IMG/VR virus record: IMGVR_UViG_3300009155_000038
Origin: a virus
Reading direction: 5' to 3' (one strand)
DNA: 64,000 nucleotides
The translations under genes and the position numbers were made by a program. Under the pieces are notes generated by a model. It did no database searches. It had not been told where the DNA came from and saw only the letters and a program-made list of their open reading frames with translations. Shown here in pieces: positions 1 through 9,998 of the stretch; the stretch's first letter is position 1; the number at the start of each line of letters is the position of its first letter.

Positions 1-1
1 T

Positions 2-2491
2 TTTCTCGCCATACCACTGCTGCGTGAGCTGGCTTTCATTTATCTTTGTGCCAATTTCTGGCAGTTCTTTAGAGATAAATTGCGTAAGTTTGTCGATGGC
101 GGCGTTGACATCTTTGGCGCATTTCTCGTCGCAAGGGATTACAAACATGCTGCCCTTCTTACCGATATGGTTTCCCTTTGTCGCCATGAAACCAATCTGC
201 CCGTCGCACAACACGTTGCCCTTGAGAATAATATCTTTATCCAGCCCCAGCGGGCCGCACATCAGTGTGAAGTTTTTACGGAACATGTTTGTCTTCTCCA
301 CAGGCGCGTCAGCGTTGTTCTGGAAGAAGTGCAGGATCTCACCACCCTCGTCGACATAGTGGTAAATATGCTTCGACTTAGTCACGATCTCGGCTGAACC
401 ACGGCCGGCATCTAACGTGATAACGCCGGGTTCAATCGAGCTGTCTTTCGACCCTGTACCGAGATACAGCTGATGCGATAGCCCCACGATGTTCGAGTTC
501 GGCGCGCGCAATACAACGCCGCCAAACTTGACGTCGTCTCCAGCCTGCTCGAAGTCGTACTCCTGTGACTTCGACCGGCTTTCGATAAGTACACCGCCGG
601 GGGTGTCGTCATTGCCGGCCAGCACCAATACGTGATTGCCGCTTTTGATTCTGATATTTTTATCAGTAGTTGTAATATCAGCACTATTTTTAGCCTTGAT
701 AATTACGTCGCTGCCGGCCCACGCATGTACGTCGCGCCCGCCCTTGAGCCATACGTCACCGGGCGCAGACAAGAACATACAACCGCCGGACATGCGAATC
801 TCAGCGCCATAACCGTCGCCAATCACAATGCTGCCGTCTTCCAGCAACGACATGAATGACTCTGTCTCGTAGAAATTCTGTTTGCCGTATCGGTGGTCAA
901 TTGTGAACTGCTTGGGCTCTGGCTGCGACAAATACATCGAACCCTTCAGATCAGAGAATGTCGGCAGCTTTTGATTAAACTGCGCGTATTCCAGCTCTGA
1001 CTGTTCCCATGTTTTATAGTCTTTGGCGTGCCAGTAAAACGGGTGTAGGCCGGCGTAGTTAAACAAGTAGCCGTGTAGATCTAGCACGGCGGCTGCGCGC
1101 TGTAGATTTGGCCACTTTTCGTCTGTCGTGGCAATATCGCCGGTAATCGTGTGCTCTGGGCCATTGCCAAACTTACTCGCCGACTTGTATTCCTGCTCCG
1201 CGTCGTCGCCCTCACCAGATTCAGGGCGCTTAAGGCGCTGCGGCATTGGCAGCAAAATACGTTTAGATATCACTATGCCCTTGGCAGACGTAATAAAATG
1301 CCGGCCGTCGAGTGCCGTATTTTGCTCGCACAGGCCGAAGACCGGCTTTTCTTCATGCGTCTTGAGCTTGTCTGCCCCGCCGCCACCCGTGTCCGGGGCA
1401 GACCCGTCTGAGCTTTTAATATCAGAATCGTAAACCTGCGCGGGCGAGCCTGAGCCTTCCGACGGCTTATACGTCCAGCGATCTAATCCCTGCGGCGGAG
1501 CATGTACGACTGACCGCGCGCCCTGCCCTAAATACCCGAAGAACTTTTGCGTGCGGTGATAGGGCTGCTGATACTCGTGCTTGTTTTCCCAGTGCGAGTA
1601 GTACGGCTTACCCTTGGTTGTCTGGTAGTCTTTCGGCTGGTACTCCTCAATCATGTCTACGCCGGATTTCAACAAACCAAGCGCTTCCCACGGATACGGC
1701 GCATAGCCCGTAGTGTCGTTGCACTCAGCCTGATCCATGTAAGCGTCACGCTCACTGCCGGCGGTCCAAACCTGCATGTTGTAGCCGGCCAAGCGCAGCA
1801 GCGAATCGTGGTAAAACCCGTATACGCCGCAAAACTCGTTTACGGCGGCCTTAAACATGAAATCGTCGACAACTACGCCAATGCCGGTAGTTGTGATCGC
1901 GCCCCACTCGCTGGCTAACGTAGCGTCCCACGGCCTCCAAGCGCTCCAGTCGACCATTTGGCCGTTCATGGGCATCTTAATGTACTTTTTGTGGCAGTCG
2001 TCTACGCGCTTCCGTGAGGCCTGAGAAATGTAGTCGTGATAAGCCCGGGATCCCACATCCAGCACGCTCGGGACAGAACCAAGAATAAAAGCCTGCCCCA
2101 TTTTGTCATGCAGCATCAACATAACAGGCGTACCGGGCGCGTACGTGTTAATCGCGCTGGCGCCAACGCATGATTGGCTTGTGTTAGACAGCGCCGCGGC
2201 AATTACAGGCGCGTGGCCCTTTTCCACGAAAACCTTGTAGCAATTAGCGATAGCTGTGCCGTCTACGACATAGCCCATGCACAAGCGACCGGTATCCTGA
2301 AAACCGGTCTTAAACCCGACAAGCTTGCTGTTCGGATCGGCAACGGCCTGTACCTGCGAACCGTACGCAGCCGTAGCCGCTCGGCTGGCAAATTGCGTAG
2401 CGTTTTGGAGTCGGCGTACGGCCTGTGTATGGTCGTAGCTAGCCGACTGGCCCGAAGCCGAAGTCGGCTTCTGCGGAGGGGTCGCACTCAT
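2..2491 (-). CDS. Baseplate central spike / gp5-VgrG-like protein (partial, >=830 aa, 3' end off the window)
   Basis: Hand translation from ATG 2491 (MSATPPQKP...) stays open to position 2; absent from the track because there is no stop in the window. OB-fold-like N-part (GYVVDGT..CYKVFVE..NTYAPGTPVML..FILGSVP) and beta-helix-like strands (SIVIGDGYGAEIRMSGGCMFLSAPGDVWLKGGRDVHAWAG). Lies next to the tube and sheath genes. Confidence 0.7.
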   Translation of the reverse strand, partial: MSATPPQKPTSASGQSASYDHTQAVRRLQNATQFASRAATAAYGSQVQAVADPNSKLVGFKTGFQDTGRLCMGYVVDGTAIANCYKVFVEKGHAPVIAAALSNTSQSCVGASAINTYAPGTPVMLMLHDKMGQAFILGSVPSVLDVGSRAYHDYISQASRKRVDDCHKKYIKMPMNGQMVDWSAWRPWDATLASEWGAITTTGIGVVVDDFMFKAAVNEFCGVYGFYHDSLLRLAGYNMQVWTAGSERDAYMDQAECNDTTGYAPYPWEALGLLKSGVDMIEEYQPKDYQTTKGKPYYSHWENKHEYQQPYHRTQKFFGYLGQGARSVVHAPPQGLDRWTYKPSEGSGSPAQVYDSDIKSSDGSAPDTGGGGADKLKTHEEKPVFGLCEQNTALDGRHFITSAKGIVISKRILLPMPQRLKRPESGEGDDAEQEYKSASKFGNGPEHTITGDIATTDEKWPNLQRAAAVLDLHGYLFNYAGLHPFYWHAKDYKTWEQSELEYAQFNQKLPTFSDLKGSMYLSQPEPKQFTIDHRYGKQNFYETESFMSLLEDGSIVIGDGYGAEIRMSGGCMFLSAPGDVWLKGGRDVHAWAGSDVIIKAKNSADITTTDKNIRIKSGNHVLVLAGNDDTPGGVLIESRSKSQEYDFEQAGDDVKFGGVVLRAPNSNIVGLSHQLYLGTGSKDSSIEPGVITLDAGRGSAEIVTKSKHIYHYVDEGGEILHFFQNNADAPVEKTNMFRKNFTLMCGPLGLDKDIILKGNVLCDGQIGFMATKGNHIGKKGSMFVIPCDEKCAKDVNAAIDKLTQFISKELPEIGTKINESQLTQQWYGEK

Positions 2492-2555
2492 TGCTTGTCC
2501 ACCAAAAAGGTGTGGTTACGGGCTTCATGCCCCGGGCTCTGCAGCCCAATACCAT

Positions 2556-2588
2556 AAACGGCGGTTGCGTTTAACGCAACCGCCGTTT
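2556..2588 (-). terminator. Intrinsic terminator after tail tube gene
   Basis: Perfect 15-bp inverted repeat AAACGGCGGTTGCGT / ACGCAACCGCCGTTT just downstream of the tube stop codon. Confidence 0.8.
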
Positions 2589-2616
2589 GGTTTCATTTTA
2601 CTTTAATCGCTTACGA

Positions 2617-3066
2617 TCAAGTGACGTCAATATCGCTGCAGATAAAGGCCAGCTGCTCTGTGATCACGATGTCTTGCGCTGTAACCGACCCGCCGATGCT
2701 GGTCAGTGTGGCGTTCGCCAAATCGTACGTCACGCTGCTGCCGGACTGATTACCGCAACCACCGCCGGCTGTAAGTGTCAGCGTATCGGGCTTACACATG
2801 TCACCGAACTTCGACAGCAGCTGCTTGAAAGCACCGCTGCTGCCGACGATTCGGCTCAGGTTTGCGGTCCCTTGACGACGATTACCGACGTAATACACGT
2901 TGTTAGAGCCCAACTCATAGAGCATGTTTACAGCGCGCTGCACTGTAAACTGCGCTTGCTGTACAAGCGCTCCGACACCCGACTGACCGCCAAAGAAAAC
3001 GGTCAGGTCGTCTGCACGGAATGATCCATTGTGTGTCTGCGCCTTACCGAAAATGCTATTAGCCAT
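2617..3066 (-). CDS. Tail tube protein
   Basis: 149 aa, beta-rich, immediately downstream of the sheath; LVQQAQFTVQRAVNMLYELGS..YYV pattern typical of tube proteins. Confidence 0.8.
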   Translation of the reverse strand: MANSIFGKAQTHNGSFRADDLTVFFGGQSGVGALVQQAQFTVQRAVNMLYELGSNNVYYVGNRRQGTANLSRIVGSSGAFKQLLSKFGDMCKPDTLTLTAGGGCGNQSGSSVTYDLANATLTSIGGSVTAQDIVITEQLAFICSDIDVT

Positions 3067-3097
3067 AAGTTCACCTGTTTAATTAATGTGTGACGGA

Positions 3098-5905
3098 TCA
3101 GACCACCAAGTGCAGCTCAATGTTGTTGAGCGGCGCCGGGACAACAAGATCAAGAACAATTTCGATCCGATCTTTCAACAGCGGATGAATCTGCAGCGTA
3201 CGGATCGTACCGGAAATGAGCTGCGAGCCCAGTTCGTCGGTGAAACCGTTCGTAGACAGGAAATTAATCACGGCGTTAACTTCGTACTTCAGCCGGCGCA
3301 CCATGCCGTCTTGCGCGTTGGTGCGGCCGATGAACGGACGCAGGCGACGCAGGAACAGGTAGGACATGCTGTCCACGTTGCGGCGGATCATTTCTTCACG
3401 ACGATTCAGGTCGAGATTGTCCGTCGTCAAGGCGTGCCGTGTGTACGGCGTGCCGTCCTTGTCTTCAGTCACGATCCAGACACCCGACTCGGCCAAGTTG
3501 TTCAACTGTGTTTCGATGAAATACTTGTACGACCGGCTGTAATCATCGAAACCAGCGACTTCCACGTTGGTCAGCGGCTGGTGGGGCACAACACCCGACA
3601 CCAAACCGGCCAGCGCGGCCGACAGGTAGTAACCGGGCTGCAGCGTGCCAGCCTCGCCAACCTGATCGGGCCACACGCCGCACACGCGTCGATTCGACAG
3701 CGATCCGCCCTGATGGGCGATATCGGTAGCCACTTCGTTGCGGTTACGGTTGTGGTAGATCTCAACGCGCTGCGCAACTGTCACAGCCACGTCGCTGCCG
3801 GTATACAGCAGCAATGTCGACTCAGACAGCACCTTGTCGACGACGTACTCTTCGTACTGCGCGTCGCCAAAAGAATCGACCGTGAAGTTGTACCGGACGA
3901 GGTCGCCGGGCTGCACGTTGTTGGTGATAAAGTAGCCGTTACCGCTTGTAACCTGCAGCTTTGTGAACTGCGTGCCGGAAGCGGTCGGATCGTCGCTCAG
4001 CGTGGCAACAACGTCGTCTTCCACCACGTTGCCAAGCACGCCGCCGATTTCAACACCCATACCAACGAGCTTGACAACCGGGTGCGCCTTGAGCGAGAAG
4101 AAACCGGCCTTCCAGTTATTCTGAATCTCGTTCGATTCGGCACCGATGTGCGCAGCCCACAGGTTTTGAACCATGCGGTCAAACGTCAGCGGAACAAGGT
4201 TGTACAAGTCATCGCGACCCTTGATTCGCTCAAGCACCTGCACCCAGCTGTCGAGATTGCCGGGATCGGCGACCGCGGTGTACTTCACAACCGTGCCGTT
4301 GCTGTTGGAAAGCGCCTTGTAAACGCCCCACTTCAACGGGTTATCGGGATCGAGCTGACCAGCGATTTGGTCAAGATCAGCCACGTCGCTGATCGACTCA
4401 ACCGTGTCGGTCAGCGTCGACAGCCACTCACGGTACTCGACGTAAACTTCGCCGGCGTAAACGTCGAGCGGCTGCTCGACTCCACCGTCGGTCCACTCGG
4501 GGTGATACGCGATCACGCCTTCGTTGACGATGATCTGCGTAGCTTCAACTTCGTAATTCTTCATCGGCGCAAAGCCAATGCGGTTCTTGGATACTTCGAT
4601 GTTGTCCTTGATGAACAACTTCATCTCAAGGTTACAATTACGGCCACGCATGGCAACCGGAAGATCGTCACGCAGGTGGATTTCGTGAACCTCGCCAGCC
4701 TTGCTCGAAACGCAAGTGATGTACCACTTGTCGCCCTTACGCAGCCCGCCGTCATTCGTGAACTTAACCTTAACACCGTTGGTGCCGATGGCAACGCTGG
4801 TGTTCTTCGCCGAGATTTCAGTCGGACCTGAGAAATCGAGGCCCTTAGATGTGTACACCGTAATTTCCGGCAGGTCGGCATAAAGGCCGCCCTTCGTGCA
4901 CTCAACGATATAGATATCATTCTTATCGCCGGTGTACGCGCCGAGAAGATCGGGCGAAACCTCGTCTGTGGTGTAATTAGCCGCGTCAGCAACGGCAACA
5001 CCTGCCACGAACGTTTGCTGCACAACGATTCGCCACTTCTGGCCAACCTTCAGCAGGTTAACGTCGCTGAACGTAATGACAAGGTCACGCGTGCCAACGT
5101 CAGCATTGTTGCCGTAAGGCGTAACTTCCGCTACGTCATCGGTGCCGCTGGCGGACACAACACGCAGGCGGGCAGCGTCACAACCCACAACGGAGCTGCG
5201 CACTACTTCAACTGTGTACTCTTCCTTCACGTGGCCCGACACCAAACCGTCATAGGAAGTGCTAAGCGTCGCTGTCGGCGCGTCAGACACGAGCCCCGCA
5301 ATAAGCTCAACGCTCTGCGCCGCTGTGATTGAGGGCTGATTGTGCCCTTCAGCGCTCGCAGGAGCAATGCGCGACTTAACGTTGTCGCTGGAGAAGCCGG
5401 TCACAGTCGACCACAGCTCAGTAGCAGTGCAGTCGCCCGGAGAAACGTAGGTCATGTGAACCACGTCGCCGAGCTGCACGTCACGGTCAGCGAACACGCC
5501 GCTGCGGGGGTAAGCCGCGCCGTTCGACTTGAACGCAAGATTGTGCGAACGCACGATGTTGTTTTCAGGCCGATCGTTCGGGCTGTACACATGAAGGCTG
5601 CCGCAGCTGTACGGAGTTGCGTCAACAGCGGTGTTGTAATAGAGGAGCAGCGCGTCGTCGATATACACCTTGGTGTACTTGTCATCGATGCGGGAGCCCG
5701 GATTCCGCTGCGGCCACGAGTACGTCGTGTCGTGCAGGCGGTCATAGGCGCCGAGACGCGTGTAGGGCTTCTCGTCAACATTGCTGTGACGGTGAAGAAC
5801 AGCGTGAGGGCCGGCGATGTGAGCGCGCAGCGGCTCCGTGATCTCCGTGGGGACGATCTTGAATTCTTGGAAAACGAGAACTTGTGGTTTTACGTAGCTC
5901 GACAT
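3098..5905 (-). CDS. Tail sheath protein (935 aa)
   Basis: N-term YVKPQVLVFQE; C-term sheath signature (TQLNNLAESGVWIV..RHALTTD..EEMIRRNVD..DRIEIVLDLVVPAPLNNIELHLVV). Confidence 0.9.
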   Translation of the reverse strand: MSSYVKPQVLVFQEFKIVPTEITEPLRAHIAGPHAVLHRHSNVDEKPYTRLGAYDRLHDTTYSWPQRNPGSRIDDKYTKVYIDDALLLYYNTAVDATPYSCGSLHVYSPNDRPENNIVRSHNLAFKSNGAAYPRSGVFADRDVQLGDVVHMTYVSPGDCTATELWSTVTGFSSDNVKSRIAPASAEGHNQPSITAAQSVELIAGLVSDAPTATLSTSYDGLVSGHVKEEYTVEVVRSSVVGCDAARLRVVSASGTDDVAEVTPYGNNADVGTRDLVITFSDVNLLKVGQKWRIVVQQTFVAGVAVADAANYTTDEVSPDLLGAYTGDKNDIYIVECTKGGLYADLPEITVYTSKGLDFSGPTEISAKNTSVAIGTNGVKVKFTNDGGLRKGDKWYITCVSSKAGEVHEIHLRDDLPVAMRGRNCNLEMKLFIKDNIEVSKNRIGFAPMKNYEVEATQIIVNEGVIAYHPEWTDGGVEQPLDVYAGEVYVEYREWLSTLTDTVESISDVADLDQIAGQLDPDNPLKWGVYKALSNSNGTVVKYTAVADPGNLDSWVQVLERIKGRDDLYNLVPLTFDRMVQNLWAAHIGAESNEIQNNWKAGFFSLKAHPVVKLVGMGVEIGGVLGNVVEDDVVATLSDDPTASGTQFTKLQVTSGNGYFITNNVQPGDLVRYNFTVDSFGDAQYEEYVVDKVLSESTLLLYTGSDVAVTVAQRVEIYHNRNRNEVATDIAHQGGSLSNRRVCGVWPDQVGEAGTLQPGYYLSAALAGLVSGVVPHQPLTNVEVAGFDDYSRSYKYFIETQLNNLAESGVWIVTEDKDGTPYTRHALTTDNLDLNRREEMIRRNVDSMSYLFLRRLRPFIGRTNAQDGMVRRLKYEVNAVINFLSTNGFTDELGSQLISGTIRTLQIHPLLKDRIEIVLDLVVPAPLNNIELHLVV

Positions 5906-5953
5906 GCGTCAGCCTCCGTGCCTAATTTGGTGTGCGGTCAGTGCGTAACGAGT

Positions 5954-5961
5954 AGTATACA
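5954..5961 (-). promoter_or_regulatory. Candidate late promoter element TGTATACT
   Basis: Same 8-mer in four intergenic positions upstream of minus-strand genes (5954, 9132, 50728, 57869). Confidence 0.4.
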
Positions 5962-6002
5962 CAACCACTCGATTAAGAAAAAAACACCCCCGCAAAAATT
6001 TA

Positions 6003-6716
6003 CTAACAAGACAGTAGATCCGATGCCTTGAAGACAATCCGCTTTAGGCGCGGCGCGTATGGCTGGAGCGACCAAGCTTCCTCGGCTACATACGCCACGG
6101 TAACAGGTACGGCATATCCCTGCACCACTTCTTGAACTTCTCCTATGCCGCCCACCTCGTTAACATAGAACTTGTGTAAGTCCATTTGTTCGCGGATAAG
6201 CGGCGAAAAATTGATCAGAAATTTAACGACTTCTGTCGTTAAAAACTCGGTTTCAGCGCCACTCGGCGCTAAACAGTATAGCGTATGGCTACCTTGCCAC
6301 AGACCAGCATACTGCACATTTCCAGTATAGTCGTTTTGGCCAGCCTTGTCGCCGATACCCTGTTTTAACCATGTCCAACTGTTACGTTTAATTAACACAG
6401 CTGGTCGTTTGTCGGTTGTGTTGGGCAGCCATCGCGTAATACTTTCGATTAAAATTCCGCCGGCGTTAAGCCCGTTATCTACAGGCTGCCACGCGCCTAA
6501 CGTCTGTACGTGTTTGCGGATTCGCGGTTCTTCGATGTTGTCAGGGTCAGAGAAATGCCCGATGAGTAACTGTCGAATCAGCCCGGTCATGACGTGCGGC
6601 CGCATGCCGTACGAACAAAGCGAGCTTACCTTTGGTATCCGGTTCTCTGGCGCACTACCTTCGGGGAACTGCGCTTCAATTTCCGGCGGGTTTATTGGAT
6701 CGGGACAGTCGCTCAC
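6003..6716 (-). CDS. Putative tail completion/terminator protein
   Basis: 237 aa; position between neck genes and sheath; no direct motif. Confidence 0.45.
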   Translation of the reverse strand: MSDCPDPINPPEIEAQFPEGSAPENRIPKVSSLCSYGMRPHVMTGLIRQLLIGHFSDPDNIEEPRIRKHVQTLGAWQPVDNGLNAGGILIESITRWLPNTTDKRPAVLIKRNSWTWLKQGIGDKAGQNDYTGNVQYAGLWQGSHTLYCLAPSGAETEFLTTEVVKFLINFSPLIREQMDLHKFYVNEVGGIGEVQEVVQGYAVPVTVAYVAEEAWSLQPYAPRLKRIVFKASDLLSC

Positions 6717-6825
6717 GTAAATAATCCTTTTTGGGCAGCTCTGATTTTAGGCTTATTTTTGGCAGCGCACAAAGTAGTTTCTGCGCGAGTTTAATCTTTG
6801 GAAGTTTGATTTCTTGCTTCTTCAT
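6676..6825 (-). CDS. Possible small Lys-rich peptide (49 aa)
   Basis: ATG right after the upstream stop (TGA-C-ATG); MKKQEIKLPKIKLAQKLL...; overlaps the next gene by about 40 nt. Confidence 0.25.
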   Translation of the reverse strand: MKKQEIKLPKIKLAQKLLCALPKISLKSELPKKDYLRERLSRSNKPAGN

Positions 6826-6826
6826 G

Positions 6827-8068
6827 TCACACGTTCCAGAAATCTTCTTTCGGCCCCGGCTTCTCGGGTTTAGGAGAATATTTACTGATAACTACAGGCG
6901 GCGCGGTCGGCGTCGCTCTAAGTGCTGGCGGCGGCGTTACCGTGATGAAGTGAATATCCGGGCCGTAATCACCGGGTTTTTCAAATAACAAAGCGTAATC
7001 ACCCGGGTCGAGCCTTAGCGCTTTTGTCCAGCGCCCGTTAGCAGCTGTAGTTGTATTAGCGATAGAAAGCGCGGTATTGGGCGTGGAAGGTTGCGCAGCG
7101 ATGTAATCAGCCAGCCGAAAAACATAGATATAGGCGCCTTCAATAGCGCAGTTTGTGCCGTCACGGTAGGCGAGGTTATCAGGCCCGCCATAGTTGTGAT
7201 CTACAGCAAAAATACCGCAACCATCAACCGGCAAGGGGGGTACACGTCGGTCGGGAGCTTCGCCGCCCACTTCGATTGAATAAGCATTGTTGTTAAACGG
7301 CAGCAAGCCAAGTTGAACTTGATACACCAAAGGAACGTTACGCAAAGCCGCAACGATTTGAATCGACTCTACCAACCAGCGCTCGTCGCTCGTGCCGTTT
7401 ACCCAGATATCGTATTTATTTAACGCCGGAAACCCGATAACGCGCGCACTAACATAGGGGTTGTCGCGCGTGGTGCCTTTTAGGTTCACGTCGACGTCTT
7501 CAGCAATTGTTTGGGGCGACAGATCCCAGCACTGCATTTCCAGTGGCGGATGATAGCCGACTTCAAAGCCAGTGCCGTTACATACCGGGCAATCAGAGTC
7601 AGTTATTTCTTGCGTGAGCGGATCTCGACAGCGCGGGCACGGTTTGCCAAAACGCATGGGCTTAATAAGGTAGCCCGGCACGCTAACTAGCTGATGGCGT
7701 ACCTTTTCTTTCCGTACGACTTCGCGCGCTAGCAGCCAGTCATGCTCATTCAGCTCGCCGAAACAGCTGGCGGCCTGTGAAACATACGTGTTAGTCGGTG
7801 TAGTTAACGTAACGCGGTAATGGCTCAGAAGCTCATACCCGGACTCGTGCCAAGCATCGTCGTAGGCCAAGTAACCATTTGTGATTGGCGCGCCGATGTT
7901 CACCCAGTCGGTAGCATCGCGTAGGCCTGTTTTGCCTAGCTGCAGCTGAAATACATACGGCCCGGGCTCATTAAACGTCGGCTCAAGCTGCCACCATACG
8001 CGCGATGGGCCGCGGACCATATGATCCACGGATACACGGCGGAACGGAAACACACGGGATTGCGGCAT
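6827..8068 (-). CDS. Neck/head-closure protein with Zn-finger and C-terminal Ig/prealbumin-like domain
   Basis: CPRC-x10-CPVCNGTGFEVGY motif; C-term TTTAANGRW..LDPGDYALLFEKPG; located in the neck cluster. Confidence 0.55.
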   Translation of the reverse strand: MPQSRVFPFRRVSVDHMVRGPSRVWWQLEPTFNEPGPYVFQLQLGKTGLRDATDWVNIGAPITNGYLAYDDAWHESGYELLSHYRVTLTTPTNTYVSQAASCFGELNEHDWLLAREVVRKEKVRHQLVSVPGYLIKPMRFGKPCPRCRDPLTQEITDSDCPVCNGTGFEVGYHPPLEMQCWDLSPQTIAEDVDVNLKGTTRDNPYVSARVIGFPALNKYDIWVNGTSDERWLVESIQIVAALRNVPLVYQVQLGLLPFNNNAYSIEVGGEAPDRRVPPLPVDGCGIFAVDHNYGGPDNLAYRDGTNCAIEGAYIYVFRLADYIAAQPSTPNTALSIANTTTAANGRWTKALRLDPGDYALLFEKPGDYGPDIHFITVTPPPALRATPTAPPVVISKYSPKPEKPGPKEDFWNV

Positions 8069-8079
8069 AAATCAGAACC

Positions 8080-9102
8080 TTAGTACCGGATACGCAGGGC
8101 GTCCGTATACGCAGCATACTTGTAGGTAGAAGATACTTCGCCGTAGCAGCTCTCTAGGTTGATGCTGGCCTTGGTGGCGCGAACCCAGTCTCTGTATGCC
8201 TGCCAGCGCATTTGGCCGGCACGCTCGTAGTTAGACTCTTTGTTTTGATCGTTAACCGACATACCGGCGGCAGAATAATCAAGCTGGTTACGCCGAAACT
8301 GCTCCGCCACCATCATGAAAAGGTTCGCGCAGATGCCTTCCAACCAATGATATCTAAACGGGAAATTCTGCGTGTTGTACGTCTGATCCAGCGGCGGCGG
8401 GATTTCGTTCCAGTACATCACAGGCCGCGAGATAGCCAGCGCAATCTCAGCGTCGTCGAACATTAGATTGTCCAGCAAGAAACTCTCGCCGGGCGCCGAG
8501 TCACGAAGATGCAGTCGGATCTCAGCAATGCTGGGCGGACCGCCTATACGGTTACTACCGGTGTCCAGCGGGCCAAATGTACTGCGATTGATAATGATCG
8601 AGAACGTGTTCGAGAAAATAACGCACGGCTGCTGCGCTGCTTCGGCCGGCACGCTAATCAGAGCCATTTCGCCATAGTAGATGCCGGCTAAACCCACCAT
8701 TTGCGCTGTCAGCGCTGCGGTAACTTCGCCCTTAGAGGCGTCGGTGACGACGGCATCGACCTGCAGCGGCTCAAGCCCGTAGCCTAAAGCGATCTGCTCT
8801 TTCAGGCGCAAAACGATCTTATAGTCGGGCGGCGGTGTTTGACCGCCGAACCCCGCGGGTGTCAGATCTACGGGGTTGCCGTCCTTATCGTGCAGCTGCC
8901 ACGAGATAGTGGCGCACTGACCTTGCGTCAGCGTCACAGCCCGCGATCGGGTCAGGACTTTCGTGCCGTTAACAGTCGAAATTGGCGCGCTAATAACGTT
9001 CTGCCCGGCAACCGAGATCGGCGTCAATACGCCTGTATCCGGCGTGTCGTTTGTGCAGCAGCTGACGATAGGGTGCGGCGCGGGCGTAGCAATGACAACC
9101 AT
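8080..9102 (-). CDS. Head-tail adaptor (neck) protein with N-terminal BppU/Ig-like domain
   Basis: GGAGG SD before ATG 9102; C-term IAEIRLHLRD..LLDNLMFDDAEI..PVMYWNEIPP..RRNQLDYSAAGMSVNDQNK resembles large-phage neck proteins. Confidence 0.6.
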   Translation of the reverse strand: MVVIATPAPHPIVSCCTNDTPDTGVLTPISVAGQNVISAPISTVNGTKVLTRSRAVTLTQGQCATISWQLHDKDGNPVDLTPAGFGGQTPPPDYKIVLRLKEQIALGYGLEPLQVDAVVTDASKGEVTAALTAQMVGLAGIYYGEMALISVPAEAAQQPCVIFSNTFSIIINRSTFGPLDTGSNRIGGPPSIAEIRLHLRDSAPGESFLLDNLMFDDAEIALAISRPVMYWNEIPPPLDQTYNTQNFPFRYHWLEGICANLFMMVAEQFRRNQLDYSAAGMSVNDQNKESNYERAGQMRWQAYRDWVRATKASINLESCYGEVSSTYKYAAYTDALRIRY

Positions 9103-9131
9103 GGCAACCCTCCAGAGTGAAGTACACACTT

Positions 9132-9139
9132 AGTATACA
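9132..9139 (-). promoter_or_regulatory. Candidate late promoter element TGTATACT
   Basis: Directly after the terminator U-tract, upstream of the 8080-9102 gene. Confidence 0.4.
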
Positions 9140-9145
9140 AATAGA

Positions 9146-9173
9146 AAGGGCTGGCCAGTAACGGCCAGCCCTT
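9146..9173 (-). terminator. Intrinsic terminator ending the capsid operon
   Basis: AAGGGCTGGCC / GGCCAGCCCTT stem followed on the minus strand by a T-rich tail (TTTCTATTT). Confidence 0.85.
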
Positions 9174-9200
9174 CCGTAAAACTGTTAAACGTTTGCACGT

Positions 9201-9563
9201 TTATTCGTTGGCGTTGAGGTCGCCTTCAATGAAGTCACCACCGCCGTCATACGACGGAACTGTAGTGCCAAGTTCCTTGGTCGACGCCATGCCGAGTTCG
9301 CGGGTGACGCCACCCGTTTCGCTGAGCAGGTACACCGACGGGGACTTCACAATTTCCAAATCACCGGCGAGCAAAGCGCGCTCAAGCGCCTTGAACTGTC
9401 GCTGGCTCCGCTGGGCACCCAGCGCACCAACAAGGTCACCGGGGACCGTGTAAGTCGCGTTGTTGTCCAGCCGGCGGCCGTGCTTGCTAAGAAAACCGAA
9501 CACCATGGCAGCGCCAGATGTGTTCTTCACTGTTGTATAAAGGTCAGCTGTCGTATTGGGCAT
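9201..9563 (-). CDS. Small head-associated protein
   Basis: 120 aa, SD GGAG, downstream of the major capsid gene in the same operon. Confidence 0.5.
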   Translation of the reverse strand: MPNTTADLYTTVKNTSGAAMVFGFLSKHGRRLDNNATYTVPGDLVGALGAQRSQRQFKALERALLAGDLEIVKSPSVYLLSETGGVTRELGMASTKELGTTVPSYDGGGDFIEGDLNANE

Positions 9564-9581
9564 TAGTCACTCCATGTTTCT

Positions 9582-9965
9582 TTAGGCGTTCTGCATTGCT
9601 GCAGCAGTGGCAGCCTGCAGCATTAAAACAGCCTGAGCGATCTCAGGCTTGGCCGCTGCGGCGCTGGCGGTGCCAGCGAAAGCAGACGACTTTTCAACTG
9701 TGCCGCCAAGGCCCGCGGCCGCAAGCATCTCGTCAAGCTGCTGGTTAGCAACGTTGAGCGAGGATACTTGCGCGGCCGCGGCCTTTTCTTGCTCTGCCGT
9801 ATAGAGCACATGGAGCTTGGAAGCAGCTGTCCACATTTCTGCAGCTTCACTCTCAGAGCGCGGAGCAAGTCCGTGCGCTGCGAGCTTCTCAAAAAAATGC
9901 GGGGCGGCAAGTTCCGTCACGATTGTGGCGTATGCTTGCTCCGCCGCTTCCTTAACATTGTCCAT
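9582..9965 (-). CDS. Ala-rich head protein with K-x-A/S motifs
   Basis: 127 aa; VKEAA, EKLAA, EKAAA, EKSSA. Confidence 0.6.
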   Translation of the reverse strand: MDNVKEAAEQAYATIVTELAAPHFFEKLAAHGLAPRSESEAAEMWTAASKLHVLYTAEQEKAAAAQVSSLNVANQQLDEMLAAAGLGGTVEKSSAFAGTASAAAAKPEIAQAVLMLQAATAAAMQNA

Positions 9966-9998
9966 GACTGTGCTCCTTTAGGTTAGTGCTTAAACGGC

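Noticed and set aside
3086-4831. Long plus-strand ORFs (e.g. 3086-4831, 10032-11000, 12109-13416, 45995-47218)
   Set aside because: Antisense shadows of codon-biased minus-strand genes; no SD, no motifs, non-protein-like composition
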